A stretch of 64,000 nucleotides of DNA from Blastocatellia bacterium. Its GTDB lineage: Bacteria > Acidobacteriota > Blastocatellia > UBA7656. The notes below the pieces were generated by a model, which worked only from the letters and a program-made list of their open reading frames with translations, was not told the origin of the DNA and did no database searches. Made by a program: the position numbers and the translations under genes. Shown here one piece after another: positions 1-10,814 of the stretch; the stretch's first letter is position 1; the number at the start of each line of letters is the position of its first letter. The stretch lies in assembly GCA_963765495.1 (NCBI GenBank), contig CAVXWP010000008.1, positions 800,001-864,000 on the forward strand, in the 5' to 3' direction.

Positions 1-490
1 GGTAAAGACCGCATCGCGCCCGCTCTATTGCTGCCACGCTTGCATCGCTCGCAGAGATTTCAATCGCGACACGGTCGAACCAGCCCTTTTCGTTGAGAGC
101 CATCGCTATGCTCAACGGTTCTTCACCCGTGGCGCAGGCGGCGCTCCAGATTCGCAAAGGCTTCTGATTGCCGGATGAAAGATAGTTCGGAACCAGTTCA
201 TTGACAAGCGCGTGAATCTGATCCATCTCCCTCCAGAAAAAGGTCTCCTGGACCGAAAGCGCATCGAGAACGCGTTTCCATTCTCGTTCTGCCTCGACAT
301 CGTATTTTAGCAAATAGTAATAATCCAGAAATGATTTGAATCCACGTTCGACAACCAGAGGAGAGAGCTTATCCGAGAGCAGATCGCTCTTGCCGTTTTC
401 GTAAAACAACCCCGTCCGCTCGTGAATCAAATCACGAATGAGCGCGAACGCGCTATCGCTCAACCCTAATGTTTCTGCGTAGAAAGTCAT
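1..490 (-). CDS. cheR: Chemotaxis methyltransferase CheR (runs off the window start)
   Basis: Not in the ORF track. My translation from ATG at 490: MTFYAETLGL...LSVQETFFWREMDQ...LRIWSAACATGEEPLSIAM. ETxFxRE and RIWSAxCxTGEE are CheR motifs. Confidence 0.93.
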   Translation of the reverse strand, partial: MTFYAETLGLSDSAFALIRDLIHERTGLFYENGKSDLLSDKLSPLVVERGFKSFLDYYYLLKYDVEAEREWKRVLDALSVQETFFWREMDQIHALVNELVPNYLSSGNQKPLRIWSAACATGEEPLSIAMALNEKGWFDRVAIEISASDASVAAIERARCGLY

Positions 491-664
491 AAGAAATCAG
501 TATGCAGTAAGCAGTAGGCAGCAGGCAGTGCAGAAATCGGATGTCTTGATGTCAGCACTTCTCTGATAAGCGAAAATCCTTTGCATCTGCGTAATCCTTT
601 AATTATTACTGCTGCGATAATCGCGCAGCCCATTATTTACTGGCGAGCGTCCCTTCAAAACTGC

Positions 665-3391
665 CTACTTTTTCAATGCTTTTTGCGCGGCGCGGCGCAC
701 AGATACGTCCGGGTCTGTGCGAAACAGCCGAAGGAGAGTCCTTTCGTCTGTGCGGTTTCCCAGGTGGGCCAGCGCGTTTATCGCTGCCAGTCGGACAGTC
801 GGGTCCTCATCACCAAGAGCCTTGTTTAGCTGCTCGGAGGCAAGCGGATGTTTCATCCGCCCTAACACATCCACTACGGCTCGTCGCGCGCCCGGTTGCA
901 CGTGCGTCAGCCCCTGGCCTACGAGGGCGATCTTCTGATGGCTGAGTTGCGAAAGGGCTTCGATGCTTGCCTCCCGGCGCGTGGAATCCGCCGTTAGATT
1001 GATTAGCGCGGCGACTGCTTCGGGCGTAGCCAAATGCGCCAGGGCATCAATAGCGGCCTGCGCGATGTTTGAGTCAGGGTCGGCAGCCGCTGTCCACTGT
1101 AAGGCATTTATTACTTCTCTTTCGCCGCGCAACCCAAGCGCGTTTATAGCCTCGATTCGCCGCCCGGCTTCCGACGATTTCAGAGCCTCAAACAAGGGAG
1201 GAAGCGCGCTCGAATGGCTGATCTTTCCAAGCGATCTCATTGCCGCGCGCGCAAGATCGGAATCCGGGCTTTCGACAAACGATTCAAGAACGGCTACGGT
1301 TTGCCGCTCATTGATCTTTCCAAGCGAATCAATAGCCGCGATTCTTACCTGGCTTGCGGCATCTGTCCTGGCCAGTTCGGCCAGCGGCTCAAGGCTCTCG
1401 CTGTACCCGTGATGACCTATCGAGCGAACGGCGAAGTATCGCACCCACGAGTCGGAATCGCTCAGGGCCGCAAGCAAAGAGGGCCACGCGGCTTCGGACT
1501 CAACCTGCGCGAATGCGCCTGCGGCTGTGGCACGTACCCGGGGAACGCCATTCTCTATCGCATCAACCAGCGTAGGAATAACCCGATCATCTTCGAGAAA
1601 TGGGATGTGTTCAATTGCGGCGCAGCGTACGCTTTCCTCCTCATCCAGACAGCGTTCAATAAGCAAATCCGCGCATTCGGCATAACCGAAATACCCCGCG
1701 ATTCTAACGGCAGATTCACGAATACGCGGATCGGGATCATTCAATAGTTGTACCGCCCGGCTGCTCATATCGGGGTGTCCAAGAGAGTTTATAGCCGCGA
1801 TGGCGGCCTGTCGCACCGAGGCATCATTGTGGCCAAGCAGATCGAGCAATACTTCGAAAGCGCGTCGGTCCCCGATCTTTCCGAGCGCACCCGAGGCTAC
1901 TATTGCAAGTTCATCATCCTCGGTCAGCGCCTTAACGAGCGCCGGGACGGCCTGCGCATCGCCGATACGTCCGAGCGCGATGACAGCGGCCTTGCGCGTA
2001 GCGGGGTCTTCGGCATCAAGTTGCTCAATCAGCAACCGGGTCACGCGCTCGCCATAACGCACGAGAGCCTCTACGACTTCCTTGCGAGCCGTTGACTGGC
2101 CGAGCAAACCGACGAGAGCGCGTTCAACGGCCTCCCCTTCCAGCCACCCTATTACCAGCGCAAGCGCCCGCAGGTCGTCGCCCGACGTATCATCCATCGC
2201 CTTGAGCAGATTTTTTACCCCTACCTCATCGATTGCTTTGCGAGCGAGTTCGGCAATGTAGGGGCCTTCCTGATAGGACCTTTCGTAGCGGTCATACAAT
2301 GCGGCGAGCGCGCCTGCCACGACCAGCGCGGGCCCGCCCTCGGTGTTGAGAATCGAGGCCAGCGGGGCAACGACCTCTTCGTCTCCCAGATGACCAAGCG
2401 CTTCGGAGGCGGGAGAGCGCAATAATTCATCCTTTAACAAAGGGACCAGTCGCGGGGCGATCTCAGACGCGCCGATAGCCACGAGAGCATCGAGCGCGGG
2501 AAAAGCAAGAAAGAAATCCCCCGACTCGGCCATTGTAGCTATTGCGTCTGCCGCCTCAAGAGCGCGAAACTTTCCGAGCGCCTCTATGGCGTGATAACGA
2601 ACATTCACGCTCTCATCGGCAAGCGCCCCGATCAGAACGGGAATTGCGCGGGGGTCGTGCTGGTCTCCAAGCGCGTGCGTGGCATAGATTCGCAGATCAA
2701 CATCCTGATCACTCAGGAAATTTGAAAGCGGCTCAATGGCATCGACACCGCTCAGGGCGAGAACCTGTAGCGCGCTGTTGAGAACGCTCGGGTCGCGGTG
2801 CTGATCGCGCAAGGCCCGCACGAGTATGTCCACCTCTTCCACCCCGGCCTTGCGAGCAAGCCCGTCAACTACGGTCCTGCGAACCCGCCAGCTTTCATCG
2901 CCAAGCGAGCCCGCCAGTTCCTGAGATGATGAGCGCGCTTCTTCCTCGGCGAGAAGCTGCGCCGCCCGAAGTCGCGTAGGCTCATCCTCGCTCGAAAGCT
3001 GCTCGGCAAGATCGCGCTCGTGGTCAAGGCGAGCGGTGACATCTTCAATCGTCACGATTGTGCCGACTACCGCTTCGTTTTCGCGCAGGGGAGAGATCGT
3101 TACGCGCTGCTGCATTTTGTCGAAGCGCTTTGAAGGCTTCCCGGGAGCGCAGGGAATCAGATAATGGTGAAAGGCTGGTGAAAGTATCTCGACGATGCCC
3201 CGCACAATCACACGCTCGAATCGAGCAAGCATTCCGCGCGATTCGAGGTCCGGGAAGAGAGATTGAATCGGTTTCCCGCACGCATCCTCCGTGACGATGC
3301 CTGTGACAGTAATCAGCCATCCATCCCAGGAGCGTATGACAAGGTTTGCATCTGTCGTGAAAATACCTACCGTTTGCTCGATAAAGGACAT
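665..3391 (-). CDS. PAS domain + HEAT/PBS-lyase-like repeat protein in chemosensory operon
   Basis: N-terminal ~120 aa is PAS-like (GIFTTD...IRSWDGW...VTIEDVT). It is followed by many ~31-aa LxDxDxxVRxxAxxALG repeats. Confidence 0.88.
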   Translation of the reverse strand: MSFIEQTVGIFTTDANLVIRSWDGWLITVTGIVTEDACGKPIQSLFPDLESRGMLARFERVIVRGIVEILSPAFHHYLIPCAPGKPSKRFDKMQQRVTISPLRENEAVVGTIVTIEDVTARLDHERDLAEQLSSEDEPTRLRAAQLLAEEEARSSSQELAGSLGDESWRVRRTVVDGLARKAGVEEVDILVRALRDQHRDPSVLNSALQVLALSGVDAIEPLSNFLSDQDVDLRIYATHALGDQHDPRAIPVLIGALADESVNVRYHAIEALGKFRALEAADAIATMAESGDFFLAFPALDALVAIGASEIAPRLVPLLKDELLRSPASEALGHLGDEEVVAPLASILNTEGGPALVVAGALAALYDRYERSYQEGPYIAELARKAIDEVGVKNLLKAMDDTSGDDLRALALVIGWLEGEAVERALVGLLGQSTARKEVVEALVRYGERVTRLLIEQLDAEDPATRKAAVIALGRIGDAQAVPALVKALTEDDELAIVASGALGKIGDRRAFEVLLDLLGHNDASVRQAAIAAINSLGHPDMSSRAVQLLNDPDPRIRESAVRIAGYFGYAECADLLIERCLDEEESVRCAAIEHIPFLEDDRVIPTLVDAIENGVPRVRATAAGAFAQVESEAAWPSLLAALSDSDSWVRYFAVRSIGHHGYSESLEPLAELARTDAASQVRIAAIDSLGKINERQTVAVLESFVESPDSDLARAAMRSLGKISHSSALPPLFEALKSSEAGRRIEAINALGLRGEREVINALQWTAAADPDSNIAQAAIDALAHLATPEAVAALINLTADSTRREASIEALSQLSHQKIALVGQGLTHVQPGARRAVVDVLGRMKHPLASEQLNKALGDEDPTVRLAAINALAHLGNRTDERTLLRLFRTDPDVSVRRAAQKALKK

Positions 3392-3462
3392 AGTGGCCCC
3401 AGAAATAATTCAACCCTCGGATTCTTTGATCCACTTCAAACAGAGTCGCCCGAAAGACGCGG

Positions 3463-5565
3463 CTACTTCCCGGATTTCTTTTTGCCTTTTTTGCCGCCGC
3501 GCCCGTTACCTGAAAGCGTCTCAACAATGGAATTCAAGGCCTGTGCTCGTTCGAGCAGGCTTTCTGTTCCGCGAAGTGTCTCTTTGACTCCCCTGGCGTT
3601 GCGTTCGGTGATCTGACGAATATCGGAAAGCCCGGCAAATATCGCGTCCGAAGCGACGAGGTTTTCGCGGCTTGTTCGCGTGACCATGCCGATCTGCTTG
3701 GATACGTTTCGCGAGGCATCGGACAACTCCTTTACGGCTCGCGTCTGTTCGCTCATGGCCTTTGCTATCTGATCGGTTTGCACTCGCATGTTCTCAGTCG
3801 AAGCCGATATTTGCCCGGCTGCGCTGGCCTGCTCCCTCATGGCATTGCTTATATTTTTTATCATCGCGGCAAGTCGTTGTGCCTCTGTTGAGACTTGATC
3901 GCTTGCGCTTGTTTGCTCCGAAAGCGCCCGCGAGGATGAGATTGCGCCTCGTCGCATGGATTCGACCGCCTGAGAAATCTGCCCGGCTGCGCTGGCCTGT
4001 TCCGAAGAGGCATTGCGCACCTGAAGGGCTATCGAAGTCGTGCTTTGAGCGGCCTTGATAAGCTCGCGCGCGGCTCGTCCCTGCTCGTTCATCGCTTGAG
4101 AGACCTGCTGGGCCGTCTTTCGCATCGCCGAGGTCGCCTGGACTATTGTCTCTATGGTCTTGGCCTGTTCGGCAGTTGCATGAGCCACCTGTTTGGATTG
4201 GGTAGCGGTCTGGGTGATAGCGGTTACCACGGTTTGCCCCGCGCTCAATTGCTCATCGCTTGCGCGGGCGATTTGAGAGACGATCCTTGTCGTTTCCTCA
4301 ACGCCTGAGAGTATCTTCCTCAATCCGGCAGCCCCTTCTTCGGCCAGGCGGCTGCTTTCATCAGCTACGCGAAGCCCGTCATTTGAGGAAGTCACCGCCT
4401 CCTGAGCCACATCCTGCAATGCCTTTATGATCGCGCCGATGTCTGCGGTCGCGCGGGCCGAGCGGTCTGCCAGGTTGCGAATCTCTTCGGCCACCACGCT
4501 GAAGCCACGTCCCGCTTCCCCTGCGCGGGCTGCCTCTATTGAGGCGTTGAGCGATAACAAATTTGTGCGTTCGGCAATCAGGTTGATCGTGTCCACGATG
4601 CTTGTAATCTCGCTTGCGCGGCGGCCCATCTCTCGAATCACGGTTGCCGATTGCGCCATAGAATCTCGAACCCGTCCCAGCCCCTGAATCGACCTCTGCA
4701 CGGTTGCGCCCCCTTCTTCGGCATCACGCGCCATGCGAGCGGTAGTCTCATCCGCCTTCTTGACGAGAGCCACGACCGAGTGAGTAGAGCGATCCATCTG
4801 TTCGGCGCTGGATGCCGCGCCGACTGCCGCCTCGGTGATCTTTTCGGCATTTTGCGCCACGCCCTGAATCGAACGCGCCATCTCTTCAATCGAACTGGAA
4901 AGCTGCTCGACCGAGCTCGCAAGATTTTCGGCTATCGCTGTCACCTCTTCGATGGACGCGCCCATCTCGTTTACTGATGATGCGGTCTGTTCGGCGGCGG
5001 CGCTCAGATCATCGGCATTCGACGAGATGCCTTGAATCGACCGCGTCATCTCTTCGATAGCGGAGGCGCTCTCGTCAACCGAAGCGGCGAGCGCGAGGGT
5101 GTCGTCGTTCACGCTCTTTATCGATCCGGCGATTTCGTGCATCGAGGCTGTAACCTGCTCGCTCGATACGGCCATCTCTTCGGTAGTTGTCGCCACGCTC
5201 TGGATCGAAGAGATATTTTCCTTTATAGAGGTTGCCGTCTGCACTACCGACGAACCGAGACTCACGGTGTTTGCTGTGATCTGCTCGATAGAGGCGGCCA
5301 GTTCAGTTGCGGTGGAGGCGAGTTGTTCGCTTGAGGCGGCGACCGATTCGGCCTGCGCTGTGATCTCTTTCAAGGAAGCAGCCATCTGATTGGCGGTACT
5401 CACCGCCCCGTCGAGAGAGCGAATCTGGGTTTCCGCGCCCTCAGCAACCCGGTCGGCAGTGCTCGATATTTCACTGGCGGCGCTCACTATCTGCTCCGTC
5501 TCTTCGCGCACGCGCTTTATTCCTTTTGCCGATCCTGCGTCTTCGCGGCCCAATTGAGCTGCCAT
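3463..5565 (-). CDS. Soluble methyl-accepting chemotaxis protein
   Basis: Hairpin tip [37 protein letters not shown]. No TM segment. Start moved to ATG 5565, which has a GGAGGA SD. Confidence 0.93.
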   Translation of the reverse strand: MAAQLGREDAGSAKGIKRVREETEQIVSAASEISSTADRVAEGAETQIRSLDGAVSTANQMAASLKEITAQAESVAASSEQLASTATELAASIEQITANTVSLGSSVVQTATSIKENISSIQSVATTTEEMAVSSEQVTASMHEIAGSIKSVNDDTLALAASVDESASAIEEMTRSIQGISSNADDLSAAAEQTASSVNEMGASIEEVTAIAENLASSVEQLSSSIEEMARSIQGVAQNAEKITEAAVGAASSAEQMDRSTHSVVALVKKADETTARMARDAEEGGATVQRSIQGLGRVRDSMAQSATVIREMGRRASEITSIVDTINLIAERTNLLSLNASIEAARAGEAGRGFSVVAEEIRNLADRSARATADIGAIIKALQDVAQEAVTSSNDGLRVADESSRLAEEGAAGLRKILSGVEETTRIVSQIARASDEQLSAGQTVVTAITQTATQSKQVAHATAEQAKTIETIVQATSAMRKTAQQVSQAMNEQGRAARELIKAAQSTTSIALQVRNASSEQASAAGQISQAVESMRRGAISSSRALSEQTSASDQVSTEAQRLAAMIKNISNAMREQASAAGQISASTENMRVQTDQIAKAMSEQTRAVKELSDASRNVSKQIGMVTRTSRENLVASDAIFAGLSDIRQITERNARGVKETLRGTESLLERAQALNSIVETLSGNGRGGKKGKKKSGK

Positions 5566-5581
5566 TAGAATTTCCTCCCGG

Positions 5582-6064
5582 TTATGTAGTTTCCGGCACG
5601 ACCAGAGCGGTATCTGCCAGATCAATTATCTCTTCCACATTCAGTATCAAGACTATCCGTTGGGTGAGCGTCGCTATACTCTCAAGGTACTTCCCCTTAA
5701 GCCCGGAGATTGCCTCGCCGGGCGGTTGGATCGCGTTTGCGGGGATAGAGACGAATTCGCGGGCGGAATCGACTATCAGACCTATCACGCGGTTCTCGAC
5801 GGTTACGATGATCAAACGTGTTCGCAGGTCATAGGCAATCTTCTCAAATCCGAATCTGACGCGGAGGTTGATCGCTGGAATGACCTGCCCGCGCGAAAAG
5901 ATCACACCTTCGACGGCTGACGGCGCGTTTGGGACCGGCGTTATATGCTCTACCAGTTCCACTTTCTGCACCGCCTGGCTTCGCACGCCGTAGGTAGTGC
6001 CGGCCAGTTCAAAAAGGATGAAAGATTCCGATGAGGTTTGACTGGTCGCTTCTGTCTCTACCAT
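5582..6064 (-). CDS. cheW: Chemotaxis adaptor CheW
   Basis: [31 protein letters not shown] motifs; operon position. Confidence 0.95.
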   Translation of the reverse strand: MVETEATSQTSSESFILFELAGTTYGVRSQAVQKVELVEHITPVPNAPSAVEGVIFSRGQVIPAINLRVRFGFEKIAYDLRTRLIIVTVENRVIGLIVDSAREFVSIPANAIQPPGEAISGLKGKYLESIATLTQRIVLILNVEEIIDLADTALVVPETT

Positions 6065-6090
6065 GAGTAATCTCGCAAATAAAGAAGGTT

Positions 6091-8139
6091 TTACGGCAAT
6101 CCGGTTTCGACTATCCCGCTTGTTCGATTTAAGGGTCGCATCATTGCAGCGGCCGGGCGTATTCGAGTCAGCGCCGCCGCATCCAGAATCAGCACAACAC
6201 GGCCATCGCCAAGTTCGGTTGCACCCGCAAAACCCGGTATTTGTATCAACGGGTCGTTTATGGCTCGAACTACGATCTCGCGCTGGCCCAGTATGCGATC
6301 CACGGCGATGGCAACGGCGTTTAATCCCTTACCGACGACGAAAGCATGAAAGGCTCGATCATATTCTTTGTCAAGACCGAAGAGGCGAGAGAGGCGAATA
6401 ATAGGAAGAACGCCTCCGCGATGGGTGATGACCTCGTTGTTTTCAAATGCCTTCACCGATGCGGAATCAATTTCGATGACTTCACTGGCTGAAGATTGCG
6501 GGACGGCAAATCTCTGACCGCCTGCCGAAACGATGAGCGCATCGGCAATAGCGAGCGTGATCGGCAACTGTATGGTAAAGCGAGTGCCACGCCCTTCCTG
6601 CGAGTCCAGGGTGAGCGCCCCGCCCAGACCCAGTACGCTCCTTTGCACCACGGCCATCCCCACTCCGCGACCGCTTGCCCGATCCGCTTCTTCGCGGGTT
6701 GAAAAGCCCGGCGAGCAGATCAGATCGAGAAGGGCCCGATCATCAAGGCTTGTGTTTTCTCCGATGAGACCCATTCCTTTTGCTCGCTCGGCGACCCGGT
6801 TTCGGTCAATGCCACGCCCGTCGTCTTCAACTTCGATCATCACCATCTCGGCCGAGGTATAGGCGCGCAAAACAATATTGCCTTCCAGCGGCTTGCCCAG
6901 TTGCTGGCGCTCGCCGGGCGATTCAAGACCGTGGCTGATTGCATTTCGTACCAGGTGAAGAAGCGGGTCCATCATCCGCTCTATCAAGAGCTTGTCAATC
7001 TCTGTCTCCTGTCCTCTCAGTTCAAGCCTGACGCCTTTCTGATATTCGCGCGACAGATCACGCACGACAAACCGCATCCGCTCGAATATCTCGCCCACGG
7101 GCACCATCCGCACACGCATAACCCCTTCGCGCAAATCACGAAGCTGGCGCCCCATAACCTGGTTTGTCTCGAACAGAGCGCGCCAGCGCGGGGCAGGAAT
7201 CTCCGTCTCGGCATCCTTCAGCGTATCTTCAAGACGGGCGCGGCTGATGACAAGATCTCCAACCATTCGCATCAAATCGTCGAGCCTCGATAGATTTACC
7301 CGCACTACATTCGAGGGGGCGAAGACTTGCGAACCCTTGTGCGAGGCCGACTCCGGTTTGTCGGGGTTGGGAAGTGTTTCAGGGACCGGGACGGGCTCGT
7401 CGAAGAGTTCGAAAGTCACCCCTTCTTCGCCCAGAGATGCGAATGAGGATTCATCTGCGCGGCTCGATACTATAAACTCAAAAGCGATGCCGCCTCCGGC
7501 AAGAACGCGCGGAGAACTGCTTCTCAATTCCCCCGCTTCCTGCAACCGCGCGCGGATGGAATTGACATTGACCCCGCGTTCGGCAAGCTGCGGCGTAGGT
7601 ATGAATTCAAAACGCCAGACCTTCGCAGCATCATGTTCTATAGCTTCAGTCGGCTTATGACCCACTGAGGCTATCGGATCGGCGGTAGCAATTGGAGAAT
7701 TCGAGTTATCGTTTTGCTCGTATTGTGAAATTATCGATTGAAGCTCGGAGATCACGGCAGCGATGTCGGGCATCGGCTGCTGCTCTCGCCGCGCGGAAAT
7801 GACCTGCTCAAGCATCTTTGTGCCCGAGATTAGCCCTTCCAATCCCTCCTCCGTAAGCCGCGCCTCTCCCTGACGCAGGATCCGAAGATAGGACTCCATC
7901 TCGTGCGCAAGCCGTTCGGCCTCACGTACTCCGACCATCCCCGATATTCCCTTTAGTGAATGGAACGAGCGAAAGAGTTCTTCGAGCAGATCGCGGTCAA
8001 TCGGTTCTTTATTGACGAAGCGTTCGAGCGCGAGCAGATCGCGCCTCAGCGCGGTCAGATGTTCTTCGCTCTCGGCGAAAAAATCGTCGAGGAATTCGGC
8101 AAAAAAACCTTCGTTGGTTTCTTGTTCAGAGATAGACAA
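6091..8139 (-). CDS. cheA: Chemotaxis histidine kinase CheA
   Basis: Hpt FRSFHSLKG, kinase HLVRNAISHG / EDDGRG / GRGVGM, C-terminal P5 domain. Confidence 0.97.
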   Translation of the reverse strand: MSISEQETNEGFFAEFLDDFFAESEEHLTALRRDLLALERFVNKEPIDRDLLEELFRSFHSLKGISGMVGVREAERLAHEMESYLRILRQGEARLTEEGLEGLISGTKMLEQVISARREQQPMPDIAAVISELQSIISQYEQNDNSNSPIATADPIASVGHKPTEAIEHDAAKVWRFEFIPTPQLAERGVNVNSIRARLQEAGELRSSSPRVLAGGGIAFEFIVSSRADESSFASLGEEGVTFELFDEPVPVPETLPNPDKPESASHKGSQVFAPSNVVRVNLSRLDDLMRMVGDLVISRARLEDTLKDAETEIPAPRWRALFETNQVMGRQLRDLREGVMRVRMVPVGEIFERMRFVVRDLSREYQKGVRLELRGQETEIDKLLIERMMDPLLHLVRNAISHGLESPGERQQLGKPLEGNIVLRAYTSAEMVMIEVEDDGRGIDRNRVAERAKGMGLIGENTSLDDRALLDLICSPGFSTREEADRASGRGVGMAVVQRSVLGLGGALTLDSQEGRGTRFTIQLPITLAIADALIVSAGGQRFAVPQSSASEVIEIDSASVKAFENNEVITHRGGVLPIIRLSRLFGLDKEYDRAFHAFVVGKGLNAVAIAVDRILGQREIVVRAINDPLIQIPGFAGATELGDGRVVLILDAAALTRIRPAAAMMRPLNRTSGIVETGLP

Positions 8140-8149
8140 GGCGGTGTCC

Positions 8150-8524
8150 TTATACTTTCCCGTTCAATAATTCGAGCACCTGTCCGGCAAGCGCATGCGG
8201 AAGAAACGGCTTGGTCAAATAGCAGGTCGCTCCGGCGGCTATCGCATCCGAGCGGCTGGCGTCGTCGCCTCGCGTGGTGAGCACAATTATAGGCACGTTA
8301 CGATAAAGCGTGTGTTTGCGAACGAATCCAACGACTTCAAGCCCGTGCATATCAGGCATATTCAAATCGAGGACGATCAAATCCACCGGGGCGAGCGCGA
8401 GATGTTCTATGGCTTCGAGTCCGCTTGAGGCCTCGTCAAATTTTGCCTCTGCAAGATTTCGCAGTGACGCAATTACCATCCGCCTCATTGTAGGTGAATC
8501 ATCTACTACCAGAATCCTGCTCAT
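8150..8524 (-). CDS. cheY: Single-domain response regulator CheY
   Basis: ILVVDDS, DLNMP, T and KP receiver motifs; first gene of the che operon. Confidence 0.9.
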   Translation of the reverse strand: MSRILVVDDSPTMRRMVIASLRNLAEAKFDEASSGLEAIEHLALAPVDLIVLDLNMPDMHGLEVVGFVRKHTLYRNVPIIVLTTRGDDASRSDAIAAGATCYLTKPFLPHALAGQVLELLNGKV

Positions 8525-8696
8525 ATACCATTAGCTCTTAAGCGCAAATCAATCTCAAGCCTCCTCACGATCTCTTCCCACATCAGGGAAACAATTCTAG
8601 CACACCTTTAGCTTTTCCCGTCATGTTTGCAAAACTCAGGGTTATTCACCGATTTTACGCGATGAAGAACCTGGATATTAATTTGACAGTCGTTTC

Positions 8697-8938
8697 AGCC
8701 CGATAAATCGGGCTTACCCGCAGGGCGCATAGGCCGGCGCTTTTAGCGCCGGTTGAGTCGTTAGCGATTTATCTAAAGGGCGCTTTAGCGTCCTTCTCCT
8801 CCGGGCTTTAGCCATCCTTTGGCTAAAGCCTGACAAGTAAGCCCGTTGAAACGGGCTCAATAGAGCCCGCAGCCTATAAAACCAGTCCTAAAAAGGACTG
8901 GCCTAATTGCCCTTCGGGGAAGCCGCCTGAAGGCGGCT
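8697..8938. repeat. Cluster of short REP-like palindromes
   Basis: AGCCCGATAAATCGGGCT, CCGGCGCTTTTAGCGCCGG, GGCTTTAGCCA-N5-TGGCTAAAGCC, AGCCCGTTGAAACGGGCT, CCAGTCCTAAAAAGGACTGG, AGCCGCCTGAAGGCGGCT. Confidence 0.75.
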
Positions 8939-9152
8939 CAGGATTTGTCAATCTCAAATCCTAATCTTGATTTGCGTAACATCAGTTATTCATAAGGATT
9001 GAGAAGGAAATTTCCCGCAAGCTTTTGAGGTCGGACGGTTCTTTAGTTGAAGAAAGAGACTATCTAGCTGAGCGGTTTCGCTCTCATTCAAGTTCCGACT
9101 CGTGCAAAATTCAAAGGCGTCAGACCACAAATAATAAGGCGGAGGTGCATCT

Positions 9153-10814
9153 ATGAAGACCCGAAAGCTCGATAGATTAACTATTCCAAAACCCTGTTCC
9201 TCGGATTGGAAAATGATGCTGGGTGATGAGAAAAAGCGTTTTTGTTCCGAATGCAACAAGTATGTCTATGACATATCGAAATTGACCCGGACGCAGGCCG
9301 AAGCCCTTGTGGCCTCAAAGCAAGGCCAGCTTTGCGCGCGGCTGACCCGGCAGCCTGACGGCAAGGTAATTACTGAGGATATGCGGCCCGGTGTGCAATT
9401 GCTCGGTCGCAGAGCTTCCCCAATTGCAAGCGCGGTCATTACAGCCATCCTGGGACTCAACTCCGGCGCGCTTGCATACTCCTCAGCTCATCCTTCGGAG
9501 CCCGTTCCCACCCATTCATATGGTGAAAGGGGAGATAAGGAGCGGGCTGACCCGCAAAATCCTCTGGCCTCTCTCTCGGGGACTATCCAGGACCCGTCAG
9601 GCGCAGTGATCCCAAACTGTAACATTACGCTCAAGAATCTGATCACGGGCGATGAGCAAAAAACCACATCATCTGAATCGGGAGAGTATCGTTTTTTCCT
9701 GATCGAGCCGGGCCGGTACACTCTTATTGCCGCAGCCCAGGGCTTTAGCGTGTTTACCCTTGAAGAAATAGCACTGGTAGCAGGGGAAGAACGCCGCATT
9801 GATGTATCAATGGATTTATTGATGGCGACGATGGGCGGCGCTATTGTGGCTCAACCCGAACCGTTGCGCGCGCTATATGATGGAAGCGATCTGGTAGTGA
9901 TCGCTCGCGTCGGCAAATCGACTCGGATGGGGAATGAAAAAGACGCGACGGTGCGAACCGAACTTCACGTTCTCTCGACGCTCAAAGGAGATTCCTCGGA
10001 ACAGGTGATACATCTCGATGATCTGAGCTACTATGATGAAAATCCAAGGTTCAATAAAGGCGACAATCTGCTTCTGTTTCTTGAAAGCCGTCAGACCGAA
10101 GAAGAGGAAGGGGTAGAGAGCGGCTATGAATTAAAGGGTTACTCACGCGGGGCCAGAAAGCTTTCCGAATCAGACATGGATGTCTATCGCCGTCGAATAG
10201 AGGAACTCAATGCCATTGAGAAACAGGATGGGTCAAAGACCGAAGCCCTGGTCGAGTGGCTTGTACGCTGTGTCGAAGAACAAGCGACAAGGTGGGAAGG
10301 AGGCTTTGAGCTTGAGGCGAGCAACTCCAAACTGTGTGGCTCTGGAAGTGGAGCCAATAGAACTTCCGTCCTGATCGATGAAGTGGGGAGTTTCAATTTC
10401 GCGGCCCTGCTCACCCCTGAACAAAAAGACCGCATCACGGCGACCCTCTTCAATGTGGACCAGATTACGGAAGATGAGTTGCCGCTTGTAGAGATAATCG
10501 CAACATGGAACGACCCGAGATTTCTTCCATTCCTGATGGCGCAACTTCGCCTTATGCAAGCAGACCCGCCCCCCTTAGCAGAATCTCTATTGCAGACCGT
10601 AGCGGACGCGCTCGATGATGAAGATGTCACCCGCTTAGCCGATCAATACCTCCAAAACTCGACTTACGATGATGAGGAAGATGATGCGGGGGAAGAGGGC
10701 GAGGCATCAGATCAAACTCAACGGGAAGCTTCCGCATCACTTCAGGCTTCACAAATTCGCAGCAAAATGCTTGGAGACTTTCTGGTAGTCGCACAAAGCA
10801 AGATCAAAGACTGA
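9153..10814 (+). CDS. Exported protein with N-terminal Cys motif and carboxypeptidase-regulatory-like domain
   Basis: GGAGG SD. PCxxDW..RFCxxC..LCAR, then a hydrophobic segment, then LSGTIQDPSGAVIP..GEYRF..PGRYTL. Confidence 0.8.
   Translation: MKTRKLDRLTIPKPCSSDWKMMLGDEKKRFCSECNKYVYDISKLTRTQAEALVASKQGQLCARLTRQPDGKVITEDMRPGVQLLGRRASPIASAVITAILGLNSGALAYSSAHPSEPVPTHSYGERGDKERADPQNPLASLSGTIQDPSGAVIPNCNITLKNLITGDEQKTTSSESGEYRFFLIEPGRYTLIAAAQGFSVFTLEEIALVAGEERRIDVSMDLLMATMGGAIVAQPEPLRALYDGSDLVVIARVGKSTRMGNEKDATVRTELHVLSTLKGDSSEQVIHLDDLSYYDENPRFNKGDNLLLFLESRQTEEEEGVESGYELKGYSRGARKLSESDMDVYRRRIEELNAIEKQDGSKTEALVEWLVRCVEEQATRWEGGFELEASNSKLCGSGSGANRTSVLIDEVGSFNFAALLTPEQKDRITATLFNVDQITEDELPLVEIIATWNDPRFLPFLMAQLRLMQADPPPLAESLLQTVADALDDEDVTRLADQYLQNSTYDDEEDDAGEEGEASDQTQREASASLQASQIRSKMLGDFLVVAQSKIKD

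Noticed and set aside
8697-8938. IscB/TnpB omega-RNA locus
   Set aside because: The hairpins only resemble IS200/IS605 ends, and no RuvC, HNH or TnpA ORF is adjacent.
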